Below are positions 25,584-39,229 of a stretch of 64,000 nucleotides of DNA, piece by piece. Source of the DNA: Paramecium tetraurelia. Its lineage: Eukaryota. The stretch is taken from NCBI GenBank assembly GCA_000165425.1, contig CT868665.1:248001-312000 (forward strand), written 5' to 3'. How positions within the stretch are numbered: position 1 is the stretch's first letter; each line of letters begins with the position of its first letter. A program made the position numbers and the translations under genes. The notes under the pieces are model-generated. The model ran no database searches. It was not told where the DNA came from and saw nothing but the letters and a program-made list of their open reading frames with translations.

Positions 25584-27185
25584 TCAATCATTTTTGCTGA
25601 ATCTGACAGTCTTAAATTTCTTATCCAGATTTCTCTAATCTCTGCATTGGCCAATTGCAACTAGAGGACATTGCTATCTTTTTTCTACCATTCCCTAAAT
25701 GATACATTAAGTACAAAATAGGAAATGTTAACATGGGAAATGAATAATTTCTCTAGTATTCTTTTAACATTTGATACATAAATCCTATATGATTCTCTAT
25801 CTCCTTCTTGTCTTACTTTTCATTCTTTCCTATTCATCTTGTCTCAGTTTCTCCCCCAATTCAGTGATTTAAGCCTTTAGATCCTGAGTTTCATAATGTA
25901 TCTTGTTTCTTTTGTCAGCATAGATCTCAACTCTTTAGAGTAATTTTTATTTCTCTTTTGCAAAAGAATCAGCTAATTTGAAGAATTCAGATTGATTAGT
26001 CATATCATTTTATATTTTGACTCTTTAGACTTAATAATAATGGTCAAGTTTGCTGCTGCGATCTTGGAGATCTAGGATCGACTATTATTATAATTATGAC
26101 TTTACTGATTCAAAGTCATTCTATTACTTATTTTAAGCGGTCAATTGAATTCTTAATTGTGTTTCAAGATTTTCAAGTTTTAGAATCTTTTATTCTAAGA
26201 CTTTGCTTTCTTCAATTTTCTTTTGGTCAAATTTAGATTTCTCTTATTCAATTTATTTTGCTATTTCCTATTATTCATTCAATTACTTTTGTAGTTCTAA
26301 TAAATCTGTATTATCTGAAGGTTTATGGACAGATAAATTCAACAATTGTTCAGATGAAGTTGGGATGGCAATGATAACCCAAGGTTCTTGAAATTGAACT
26401 CCAGGAAAGGGGTTCACGTCTTCATGAATCAATATCCATAGATAAAAGAACTTATTGATAGCTCTCCTATTCATATACATAATATGTTCCTCAGGATTGG
26501 TGAGAGCAGTCTCCATAAATTCACACACTTTGGTTTGTTCATACAATTTTTGACTCAGATTTATATTGTGTTTAGCCATTAATTGGTGAAAGGAATCTTT
26601 TGTTAGTTTATAAGGGTACTCTTTATTGATCATAGATAGATCTTTGTAATGATTGAATAATTTATAATAGGCTGACTCTAAAACCTTTGATTGTAACAAG
26701 TACAATTACAATTTCTCTTTTTTATCAATTTATAGATTCTTAATTTTTGTAATTGTGTCTCTTGGAGTATTCAAGCGAGGATCAGCTTTATGTGAAGGAA
26801 ACACATTATCAGTATCCGAATCCTTACCCGCGAGATAATTTTCCTTGTAATTTTCGATAAGTTTGATGATATCCCATTTTCCCTGCTTAGATAGATGTAT
26901 AGAATGTCCTGGCATTTTATCGAATACCTTGGAAAAGGTCTTTGTTTCTTCAGAATCTGTGTGATCTAATAATTGCTGGAACTCCTCAAAGACCTTGAGA
27001 CAGTTATGACACATGTAGTACTCCGAAGATTATCTGATCTCTGATCTCTAATTTAGTAGATGGCACTTTTAAAGATGCACCAAATAATCCCAGACGTTGT
27101 TGAATACAATAGTGTGAAGTTGAACAGAATTGTAAGGACATTCTTAATTAAAGAGTGGTTATTGAATCGATTCTGGATTTTGCAT
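25584..27185 (-). CDS. 533-aa protein: N-terminal CHHC (U11-48K/GTSF1-type) zinc finger, coiled coil, C-terminal C3HC4-like RING
   Basis: 534 codons with no intron needed. ECPYNSVQLHTIVFNNVWDYLVHLQKC near the N-terminus, then YMCHNCLKVFEEFQQLLDH. C-terminus CIKCQKNTREIIHFPCQHFLFCTQCIIQGMVEKRQQCPLVAIGQCR. Confidence 0.75.
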
Positions 27186-27281
27186 AGATAATATTAAGGA
27201 GGCACTTCAACGAGTACTTGATGGTTCGAAATGCCTCATTATTTTTTGTTGGAATGATTAATATTTTTCAATTTATTTATC

Positions 27282-30200
27282 ATGGGAAATCAAATCATGG
27301 GCAAATTCAGAAAGAACAGATTCCAAGGTTTTTCTGACAATCAAATTGATTACTTAAGGTATTAGCAACAATTTAATTTTCAGTGACAAATGGCTGTAAA
27401 TTGAAAGCAATGGACTGATAGATCTAAATAAGTTTGCTGATCAATATAATGTAACTCACAAGGAAGCTATTAAGGTAATTGTGTTTTATTAATATCAAAT
27501 AGATTATTAAGTTAATGGACTTTGATGAAAGCGGTCGAGTTGACTACTATAAATTTAAAGTAGGAGTTGCATCATTATGTTAAAATCCCATGACTGTAAT
27601 CTAAGCATATTTATGAGCTACTAGACAACAGCAAAAACTATTTTCGATCTCTATGATGAGGATAGGGATAACAAATTGGGACCCAAAGAAGTGGGAATCT
27701 TTTTAACTAGCATATTTAATAATCTACACTATTATGAAGGCTTAGATGACCCCACACCCTAAGAACTTGAAGAAAAGCTCTAGCAATATCTGGTGAAATG
27801 GGATTTGGATAGAGACGGAGGATTTGAATATGAGGAATACTTAAAATTGATGCAAAAAGATCCTGATGTGTTAAAAGTACTATTCAATATGGGATTGGCA
27901 AATAAAGATGAGATGACAATAGAAGAGACTTGTTATAATGACATTGATAGCGATATTGAAATTGAAATGGAGAGAAGATTGTTGCCTAGAGATGAGAGAG
28001 TTGAACGTATCAAAAATGGAATTGAACATACAATATCTGCACAAGCTAGCGATGAATTTGGAATGGAAGAAGAGGAAGTCGTAATGGAATGGAAGGATTA
28101 AGCTAAGAGATTGGAACCAAGCAAAAAACCAGAAGGAATGGATGCTTCTCCTCCTAATGCAATTCTAGATTTAGAATACGTTTATGGATATAGATGTCAT
28201 GATACAAGAAATAACCTAAAATATGGAAATAAAGGATAAATTGTATATCATACAGCAGGTGTTGGGATAGTCTTGGATCCAAGTAATATGACTTAAAAAC
28301 ACTTTTTGGAACATAACGATGACATTTCTTGTTTGGATATTTATGAAAACTTAGTGTTAACTGGATAGGTCGGTCTTAATCCAATGTTGATGGTGTGGAA
28401 TATAGATAATATGAGAATGGTTTGTTTATTTAATGATGTCTTGAAGAATGGTATATCTAATTGTTGTTTTTCAAATGATGGAAAGAGTGTAGCAGCTATT
28501 GCAATGGATGATGATCATTTCATGGCTGTATATGATATTGAGATAGCCATCAATTCAAGGAAGGATCCAAAGAATTAAGCATCTCCCTTGATTGCCAGTG
28601 GAAAATTAACTAAATAAGAAATCTTTGATATTAAATTCTTACCAGGCGATTGGTAAATTGTTGTTGCTTGCATGAAAGAAATCAGCATTTGTACATGGAA
28701 AAATGGTACAATTCTGGCTGAAAGAGGAGTTTGGAAGGAACAATAACCACAACCAGTCTTGACCATTGCTATCAATGGAGAATACATTGTTACAGGTGTT
28801 TTCAATGGAAATTTCTTGTGTTGGAAGAAAAACATTTGTGTTAAGAGTGTGAAGGCTCATGTTACTCCAGTCAAAGCAATCATGACAAGATCAGCAGGTA
28901 GAGGAATCATCTCTGCTGATAAGAGAGGTATCATTATGGGTTGGGATCCATAATTTAATAAAGTGTTTGAAATTGACACCAAAGATTTACCACTCAAATT
29001 AAGTTATCCACCCAAAGGATCACCTAATGTCATTTCTATCTGTGAAAGTCCTGAAGGCAAAATATTGTTCGGTACCAGAAGATCTGAGATTGCAGAAATC
29101 CTGAGTTATGAAGAAGGATAAAAAATATAATGTAAATTACTTATGCAAGGACATTTCAATGGGGAATTGTGGGGATTAGATACACATCCAACATAAAATA
29201 TATTTTATACTGTTGGAGAAGATGAAATCTTAGGTATGTGGGATGTCAAATAGAAGAAATTACTTAAATCAACACCTAATTAATATGCTAGCAAAACACT
29301 GAGTGTTAGTCAAAATGGTAAATGGGTAGCCACTGGTTGTTCTAATGGAAGAACATTTATCTATGATGCAAGTTCTTTAAAAAAATTATCAGAAATCACT
29401 GAAGTAGTTGACCCTGATAAAGAAATCATTTCATTAATAAAATTCTCTCCAAATAATGAAATGTTGTGTGTTTGTTACAAACCACCTTTTTCTGAAATTG
29501 CCTTCTACTCAACAAAAACTTGGAAAAAGCAATTTAAAATACCTAATTGCAAATATCATGTATATACTTTAGACTTCTCTGCAGATAGTAAATTCGTTCA
29601 ATTAAATACAAGCAATTACACTATTGAATTCTATGATGTAAGTTCAGCACAACCAGTACCATTTGAAGCAGCCAAAGATATTTAATGGTTCACTTGGACT
29701 TGTATTTATGGCTGGTAAGTTTAAGGCATATGGCCAGATTGTTCTGATGGTGATGATGTCAATGCGACTGATAGATCTAAAGATGGTAAATGTTTGGTTT
29801 CATGTGATGACTTTGGTAAAATTAAATTATTCAAATATCCTTGTCCAAAAGAAAAAAGTGGATGTATCAAATATACAGGACATTCCTCATATGTTTGTGG
29901 AGTTAGATTTACAAATAGTGGTGAGCATATCATTTCAGTTGGAGGTGATGAACTATCCATATTTTAATGGAGATACATCTTTTCTCCATCCCGATTAGAT
30001 GTTTAAGACATACAAGAGGAGCCTGAAAAAGTTGAAGAAAATGCTGATGGAGCAATGTTTGAGTAAGAAGAATTAGATAAGGGTGATATGATTGGAGCAG
30101 TCAAACCATTTTTAGGTGAAGTTTAACACTCAGTTCCATCATGGTACAAACCAAATAAGGCTAGAGATAATTAAGAACCCAAAGGCAATTTATCATTATA

Positions 30201-33200
30201 TCATATCCATGGATTCAGATTCTCTTATATTTTGGATGAATGCAGAGACATGTTAGGTTGGACAGATAAAAATAAAGTTGTTTTTGTATCAGCTGCTTTA
30301 GGAGTAGAGGTTGATCCCAAAACTTAATAGTAAGCATTCTTTAACAAGCATGAAGAAGATATAGTCAGTTTTGCTTTGCATCCAAATAGAAACATAGCTG
30401 CCACAGGATAAATGGCTTAGGCTGGTAAAGCTAAATGCATTGATATTTTCGTGTGGGATATCGATTCAAAGGAAGTTTTGGCTAATTTCAATCAATTCCA
30501 TTTAAGAGCAATAGTTTTGTTGAAATTTTCACCTGATGGGTCTTTATTGCTAACAGTTGGTTAAGATGATGACAACTCATTAGCCATATATGATTGGTAA
30601 GGAAAAAGGTAAATTTGTACATCCAACATAGATAAGGCAAAAGGTTAATGGAGCAGCTTGGAAGGATAATGAAGAATTTGTGACAGTTGGAAACAAACAC
30701 ATAAAGTTTTGGAAGATAAGTGGACGTAATGTTTAAGGCAAAATGGGTTAATAATAAGGTAAATTCGAATCTTAATTCTCTGTGGCTTATGCTTTCGATA
30801 ATTAAGTCATAGTTTCAGGAGGAGGCAGTGGAACATTGTTCTGCTGGAAAGGTGGAAGTAGTGATAAAGGAGTCAAGGGTCATGAAGGCAAAGTCTGCTC
30901 ATTTATTATGGACAAGGTCAAGAAATTATTATATTCTGGTGGATTAGATGGCAAAGTAATCTCATGGGGCTATGAAGGAGGCTAATTGGTGAAAAAATAA
31001 GAAATTATCAATTTGGCTACAAATCCACTCTTCCCCCCTGGAGTTGTTGCTATGGATTACAATGAAAAAACTCAATAATGGTTATTTGGTACCAATGGTG
31101 CTTAGATATTCTCTTATGATCCAGCCAAAAAATAAACTAGTATTGTAGTGTAAGGTCATTATGGTGAAGAATTATGGGGAGCTTGTGCTGCTCCAACTGG
31201 ACACAAATACGTTACAGGAGGTGGTGATAAGACTGTTAGAGTTTGGGATATTGATTAAAAGAAGATGGTTTGTGTTAGTAAACCATTTCCAAGTGAAATT
31301 AGAGCTGTTGATTGGTCATCTGATGGTAAATTTATTATTTGTGGTGATCTCAATGGATTTTTATATCTATTAGATCCTAATACTTTATAAATTATGGATA
31401 CTGCTAAGACCATATTTACTACTATGCCTAAGAGATAATCTACATATTGGATTGATGATTTAAAGATATCACCAGATTGTAAAAGGGTAGCCTTTGGTGC
31501 TCATGGTGGCGCATCACATTTAGAAGTTTGGACTATTGAATATCCAAAATTTGGTAAATAAGGAACCAAAATTTAATGTGGTTTAACTTCAGCCTTGACT
31601 GCTTTGGATTGGTCAGTTGATTCATCTATTGTAATTGTCAATAGTGGAGCTTATGAACTTAAGTATGTGGATGTAAATGCCAAGAAAAATCAACCATCCT
31701 CTAGTTAAGCTAACACAGAATTTGCTAGTTGGACTTGTAAATTAGGATGGCCTGTTTAAGGTATTTTCCCTTCAGCTGATTACAGTGATGTCAACACTGT
31801 TTGTAGAAGCAATAGCAAAAAATACTTGGTTTCTGGTGAAGATACTCAACACGTTGTCTTGATGAATTATCCTGTTGTTGTACCCAAATAAAAGAGAAAA
31901 GAATATATTGGACATTCATCTCATGTTATGAGAGTAAGGTTTACATGTGATGATAATTTCTTGATTTCTGTTGGTGGAAATGATAAATCAATTATTGTAT
32001 GGAAAACTGATTTCGGAAGTGCTTAAGGAAAAGTCGAATAAGTTAATTTGCAAGAATTATGTAAGGAAGAGGGGGCAGATGATATTGATATGCCTGTTAA
32101 AAAGAAGAAGGCTTAACCACCTCCTAAAAAATAAATCAAACAAGATGAAAATTCTGTATACTCCCAAGAGGAAACTGATGAAGGAGATTAATTTATGGCA
32201 TGTAAACCATGGATGGGAGCTATTAAAGAACCAACTTACTAATATTACTAAAGTAAAACAGATGGACATAAGCCACCAAAATGTGATATGGAAATTGAAT
32301 ATGTACACGGTTATCGTACAAAAGATATGAGAAATAATTTGTTCTTTTTAGCAAATGGCTAAGTATTATATAATGCAGCAGCATTAGGAATAGTTTTAGA
32401 TGTTGGAAGTAATACCTAAACTTATTTCAATAAACATGAAGATGATATCACAGCAATCGATTTGAATCCTGTAGATAGAATGACAGTAGCTACTGGTGAA
32501 CTAGGAGCTAAACCAAATATTTTTGTGTGGAATGCTGAGACCAAGGAAGTGAAATGCTAGTTCAAAGCCCCATTATAAAAAGGTATTATAGCAATGGCAT
32601 TTACTCCTAATGGCAAAAGATTAGTTGCTGGAGCAGTTGATGTTGATCATTCTTTGGCAGTTTTTGATATAAGTGGAAAAGGAGCAGTATTGTGGTCAGA
32701 CAAGAGTGGACCAGATGTTATTGTTGATTTAAGATGGAACACAGATGATGCATTTGTGACAGTAGGTGTTAAACATTATAAATGTTGGAAATATGATAAT
32801 GGTAAATGCTAAGGAAAGAAGGGATAATTTGGAAAAGGGGCAAGTAATAATTTATCTGGAATTGCTATTAATGGAAATGATACTTTATGTGGAGCTGCAG
32901 ATGGATGTATTTAAGTATGGAAAGGAGAAGCATTTATGAAACCATTACCTAGTAAACATGCTCAAATATGCGATTGCATTACAGTAACACAAGATTATGT
33001 TTTCTCAGGAGGAAGAGATGGAGTATTCTTTGTTTTAAGTAAAAATTATGAAGAAATCTTGTCTGTTAAAGTCAAAGAAAAGTGTCCAGATTCTGTGTGT
33101 CCTAGTGTCAGAGCTATATATGCTGATTTACCAAATTCCAAATTATTAATTGGAACTTTGGGCAGTGAAATTTATTAATTCTCTTGGGATGGGGGTGCTA

Positions 33201-34207
33201 TTAATAGTTAAACAGACTTTTAGGTAACAAATCTCATGAGAGGTCATTTCTGTCCAAATTTGAAATGGACCAATGAAGTTTGGGGATTGGATATATTTTA
33301 GGAAGATTAGGATAAATTTGTAACTTGTTCTGATGATGGCACTGTTCGTGTTTGGTCTATTGCTGATAGGAAATAAGTTAAAATCGGTAGTACTCTTTTG
33401 ACTGCTGATGGCAAAGAAGAGAAGAGAGATCTCAATACTGGAGATTTTACTGATTAATGTAAAGCACGAGTTGTTTGTACAAATCCAAAAGATAAAGGAT
33501 TCACTGCAGGAATGAAGGATGGAACCATTAGAATATATGATGCTGAATTTAATCAAACCAAAGTATTTAAATAGGCTAAGGAATGGATCAGTGAAATTAA
33601 ATTCTCTCCTGACGGTACTACTTGTGTTATTGGTTCACATGATAATGCATTATATGCCTATAAATACCCTTCATGGAAAGCGATAGGTAAAAAAATGCTA
33701 AAACATTCATCTTATATTACTCATTTTGATTTTAGTAGAGATGGTGTTAATTTGCATTCCACTTGTGGAGCATATGAGCTCTTGTTTTGGGATGTAGCAT
33801 AATGCAAATAGGTATTATTTATATTTATAATTTAGTTACCTGGTGGAGCATCTGCATTAAAGGATGAACTATGGTATACTTGGACAGTTACTCTTGGATG
33901 GCCAGTATAAGGTATTTGGCCTGAATGTGCTGATGGTACTGACATTAATGCTGTCGATCGTTCCAATACTACCATAAATGGAAAGAATGATCCTAAAACT
34001 TCTTACCATTTGCTTGCATCTGGAGATGACTTCAGCCATGTGAGAATACTCAGATTCCCAAGTTTAAAGAAATCATCTGAAGCAGTTGTTGGAACTGGAC
34101 ATTCCTCCCATGTTACAAATGTCAAGTGGACAAAAGATGATTCGAGAATAATCTCAACTGGTGGTGAAGACTAATGTGTGTTCGTTTGGAAGGTTACAAA
34201 AAAATGA
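27282..34207 (+). CDS. EML5/EML6-like protein (three HELP + WD40 units) with N-terminal EF-hands; apparent 1-nt frameshift at ~30642
   Basis: HELP motifs LDLEYVYGYRCHDTRNNL, LSLYHIHGFR and MEIEYVHGYRTKDMRNNL. Many WD40s; EML signatures WPVQGIWP and GHSSHVTNVKW. EF-hand loops DFDESGRVDYYKF, DEDRDNKLGPKEV and DLDRDGGFEYEEY. Introns 27359-27383, 27475-27502, 27596-27624, 33812-33835. Confidence 0.9.
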
Positions 34208-34221
34208 AAATATGAATATAT

Positions 34222-37200
34222 CATAAATCAAATGGCTTACGCAAACGATAGTTTTTTAAGGTTCTGCATGTTAGATCTGGAGTTAAACATAATTCTGTTG
34301 GAGATCTGTCAGATAATTCAAGTTTTTATTCAGTTTATTATTTTTTGAATTGGAGTTATCTCTAATATTATTTTTTTGAGTTTTATCTTTATTCTTTAGG
34401 AGGTTCAGCTATTATTGGACTTCCCAAATGCACAATTTTATAATGCTCTGTAGCTTTACATAGTTTGTACCATAGATCAAGAGGTAAAAGATTATCTAGA
34501 ATAACTTGCATACTTCTTTTTTATAAAATATCCTTAATTAAATATATTATTTGAATTGCAAAGTAGTGCAAAGAGCTCTGAACATTTTGAAGGTCATTAA
34601 GAATTATCACTCTTTAGGATTCAAATAAAACTTAAAGTAAACCATAATTAAACAAAATCTGCTGAATCAAATAAGCGGGAGCTTTGGAAAATACACAATT
34701 CAAAAATCTAAGGAATTAATAAAAATTTTACTTTGTAAATTATAATTAATAGTTATTATTCTCAGGGTAATTCACTAGGTGTTATTGTAGTTAATTAAAT
34801 ATTTTACTGCTTAAATATTTATAAATATTAGATTCTAAGTAATTTTGTCTCAATTAATTATTCAAAATAAATCCATTAAAATAAATTGATGAGATTAGAT
34901 GTCTCTTAAACCCAGAATTCTATTATTTCTCCAATAGTAAAATCAAAGCTCCAATTTCTTAAATAAAATTATAAAATTATTCATTCAGCAATTCATAATA
35001 GACATCCAAATGCTCATTCAAAACCATAGTAAATAAACTATTTACTATTTAGCCACAAATTATCCCATAATCATCTTTCATAATCTTGCTAACAAAAGTT
35101 TCAAAGATTTGAACTAAATTCTCAGTTGTTAATATTTTGCTAGTTTTATCAACCAAATTACAATCCTTGCGACTTAAGAATTTCTTTTAGAATTATTATA
35201 ATGAACCCAATAATCTATAAATAAATTAGAGTGATTCCATTAATCCAATATCTTTGATTTGAATGCTTTATTAATTCTATTTAAACAAACTTGCATTGGT
35301 TTTACCTGTTGCCTAATAGATTCTAATTAATTTATTTTGCGATAAAGTATCCTCTTGATTATCTGATCGTCTTAAGCTTGAAGAAGATTATTTAGATTTT
35401 TAACTCAACTATGCATCTTTATCCACTGATAGATTCTTAGAACTTTCTCGTGATAAAGGAGAGTTTACATTTTTGAGAGGAGATTTAAGAGAATTGGTAT
35501 TGATTTTAGGCAATGAAACCTATTTTTTCTTTTGAGGTATTTCAATTATTTGTCTTCCATATTTTGATACTCTTTGTGAATTTGCATTTTGATCTTCCAT
35601 TTGGGCCTTGGGTTCTATCGAAGCTTAATTCTGTTTATGCTCTTCAATCATTTTTTCCATCTTTTGAGGATCAAAATTTTATTTATCGTCGTTGAAATGC
35701 TTTAAATTATCTATATCTTTGCTATTTAGGAAATCATATGATTGTAATTCATTAAATTTCTCACTTGTGCTGAAAGTTTAAAAGAAATAAGATTGATTTG
35801 GAGTCACTTGTTGCTTTATGGAACCTCTCTGGTTTCTATTTAATGATTGCAACATGCTCAAAACTTAAGTCTAAATTGAATAATAAATATATTATACTTT
35901 TCTTTCACTCTGATAGTTTTCATCCTTTTTACTTACATCAATGTTCTGTTTAAATAGAAAAGTAAATAGATATTAGAACCAATCTGTATCATTTACATAT
36001 GACCATACTTATTCTTGAACAAAATATCCAAGTTGATATTTATCTGTGTCTAAATCCAAAATTTCCAATACTATATTAACAATGGAGGTATTATAAAAAA
36101 ACTAAGTAAAGCAGAACAGTAGATTTAATTTAATTATTTAATATATTGCGTGTTTGGGGCACATTTCTAATATTTTATTTATTAATGAGCCCAAATGATA
36201 CAAGTTAACATTTTCTTCTGGATCTCGGAGTACCTTGTATATCAGATGAACTAGTTAAACATATTTTATTACATATTTTTGGTATTAAATTTTGCATCTT
36301 AAGTTTCAAGATTTCTAATTTTGTACAATGTAAAACTGAATTTAAAGCCTTATATGATCTTACAATTAATAAATCCTCTAATTCAGAGCAATTTATTTTA
36401 AATCCTTAATATTCTTTATCAAGGGTTGCTTCACCATATTTAGTATTCCAGTCATCAGTTAATTCATACTTCTGCGGTTTAATGATCATTTTAAGAAATA
36501 AGCATAAGTCGATTGAATCATCAATCAGATTGACTTAGTTTTATTTGCATAATGCTATTTAATATTATTCAATTTGCTATTTATGAACAGCTTTTTAGTC
36601 TACTTATGGGCTGTTTTCTTCGGAGTTTTGATTATATTAAGATGGATTTTCCATTTATAATTTGTATTATTCATAAAGCTATTGCAAACTTTGTTAATTC
36701 TGCTTAAGTTTTAGATTAAATCTTGATGGGATTAAGGTTTGCTTATATATATCAATTTCGGACTAGAATGTATCAACCCAAGGTAAATTCTTAAATGTTG
36801 TCTTTTTCAAATTCTCAAATGATTCAATTAACGCAAATATCAATTCCTTATTATTTGTATTATGCAAATAAATTCTGTATATGTCATAAATTCTTGACAT
36901 ATCAATTCTTAAATCTTGTGCCAGGGAAAAGTATTTGGAGAAATGAGAGCATACATACAACTTTACTTTTGTCATTTATTGCTGAGCGGAATCAGAAAAG
37001 TTATAAAAATGGTCTAAACCAGTTTTACCTTCCTTTCTTACAATATATCAAAATATTACAATTTTCTTTGATAAACATCAAATATGGATTATTTCTTATA
37101 TCCAGCAGCCTTACTTTCCTAAAATTCTCCAATCTAAGAGATTGCCTAAGTGAATGCCCAAAAGAATTTCTCATTTTTGTAATAATCGAAAAATGCTGAG

Positions 37201-37374
37201 ATCAACATATCAATATTTTACTCTTGGTAGGGGTAGCAACATATTACTAATTAAGATAGTAAAATTATTTACAGAACTTTATGAGTGCTGTGCTTTCAAT
37301 TGTCTCGATTTTAGGCATTTCGGATGTTATTTCTTTGATACCTTCGCTTAACAGTTACAGTCTTTGGTATTCAT
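34222..37374 (-). CDS. Hypothetical protein(s); exon structure unresolved
   Basis: Long code-6 open stretches on the minus strand with several candidate short introns. No family recognised; could be more than one gene. Confidence 0.35.
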
Positions 37375-38029
37375 CTTCAGTTTTAAGCTAGAATCAAAAA
37401 AATTTACTTACAGCTTTATAGAGAAGCATAGAGCAGATTTATTAAATTTACAAAATTAAATTATTAAATTACTTCTTGTTTAGTAAAATGCTTTAATGCT
37501 TGATATATGAATTTGTAATTAAAAAGGAAAGCCATTTTTGGATTGTAAGTACTAATTTTACTTTTAGCATTTTTTTATCATAAATAGTATATAATCTTCT
37601 GTAAGTATCATGAATTAAAATATTACAATTAATTGTAACTATAATTTTGTTTCCAATGTAGTTCATCCATTTTTTTGAAAATATCATCATAAAAAAAACA
37701 ACTCACTTTTCTCTAGAATTAGGCAGTTTCGTAATAACAATTTCTTGTAAGGTAATTCCTTATATAGATAAGTTCACTTATCAACTGATAAAATTAGAAA
37801 GTAGAGTAAATACAAATTCTTATAAATACTGTCTTTTTAATTATAATGGGGATGAATATTAACGAAGTTGATGTTTTTATTACGATCAATTCATCAAGTT
37901 GTATTCAATTAAAGAAAGTTAAGATATTGCAAGGTATGTGAGAAAAATAACACTAAAAATGTTGTTTTGAGGTTTAGGTAAAAAAAGAAATATAAATAAC
38001 TAATTCATCATGAGATTGACATGAGAGGT

Positions 38030-38423
38030 TCATTGTAGGTTTAAGCGTTTCATTTTCTTTTTGAGAATTTTCAAATCCTTTTATGAGAAATCTATTTACG
38101 GATTATTATATAGACTTTCTTCGTCCATCGAAGAGATCTTTTATATTAAAAAATCTAAAAATTTAATTATAATAACTACTTTTCCATTCAGTTTCATACT
38201 AGATATTTGCTCTGAGGTTCTTTTTGTATTTCATTTTTCTAATCTGTTTACTCTATCCAGTGCGTGATCTTTTGCTTGAACCCCTTGACTATTAAGGGGA
38301 TTAGCTGACTGTGTAATACAATTCAGTTGCTTGAGGATAATCTCTATCTGAATTGTTTAATTGATCCTCAGAAATATATCTTTGCTCTTCTTCTTCATTG
38401 TAAATATTCAAGCTCATCGACAT
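38030..38423 (-). CDS. Small hypothetical protein
   Basis: MSMSLNIYNEEEEQRYISEDQ... to ...KILKKKMKRLNLQ-TGA. At least one intron is required. Confidence 0.35.
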
Positions 38424-38874
38424 TTAATAAATATTTATAATTAATATATCATTAATTTATTTAAAAAGGATCATATAAATTTAATTTTGAAATTATGGAA
38501 TGATTGCCTACATCAATAAATTTTAGTCTAATAAATTACAATTAAATCTAATCTTAGTTGAAACATTAAGAGTATTAGACTGGTAGAGTACAAATTTACA
38601 CTTTTTGGAGTATCTTTATTTTTGATGATATAAGTTCAATCAGGATGATGGAAAATATCTCATTTTTACTAATAGTGTCTAGTTTAATCAGTTTATCTAA
38701 AAGTTGGTAGCCTTTTAATTCAACAAATAAAGTATTATTTTAATGAATTGTAATTATTAAAAAAAGAAATAAAATACTCGAATTGTAATAATATTTAAAA
38801 TACTGTTTTTGGATCATAAGGAAACCGTACATTTTAATTGTAAACCCATTTGCTTGTTTTCTAGGTCAGTCAAA

Positions 38875-39164
38875 TCATCTTATATTCATAAATATACATT
38901 TACCTAATAATATTAATTCTTAGATATTACCTTAAGCATCTTCTAATAGGGAGAACAATGATTAATTATATTAATTAGCAATTCGTAAACCAGACATGGT
39001 AGAGGATAGTCTAATCAGTTGGTTTATTTAGTTTATGACTCTTGTAATAGTGATATTGTATCATACATTCTTGTTTGAATTTTCGACTATTAGGAAGAGA
39101 AATTAAAAGCCTATTTAGCAACAGGGGCAATAAAAGCCCTTGTAATGGCAAAGAAGCCTCTCAT
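38875..39164 (-). CDS. Small protein with mitochondrial-presequence-like N-terminus
   Basis: MRGFFAITRAFIAPVAKQAFNFSS... The frame is restored by two short GT..AG introns (26 and 27 nt), giving ~78 aa. Confidence 0.45.
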
Positions 39165-39229
39165 CACAAATAAAATTAATAAATATTATAATATAATTTG
39201 TGTACGATCGATTTATTGTTTTTTTGATC

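Noticed and set aside
30630..30660. Euplotes-style programmed +1 frameshift in the EML gene
   Set aside because: That mechanism needs AAA followed by a TAA/TAG stop. Here TAA/TAG are sense codons and the site reads AAA GGT.
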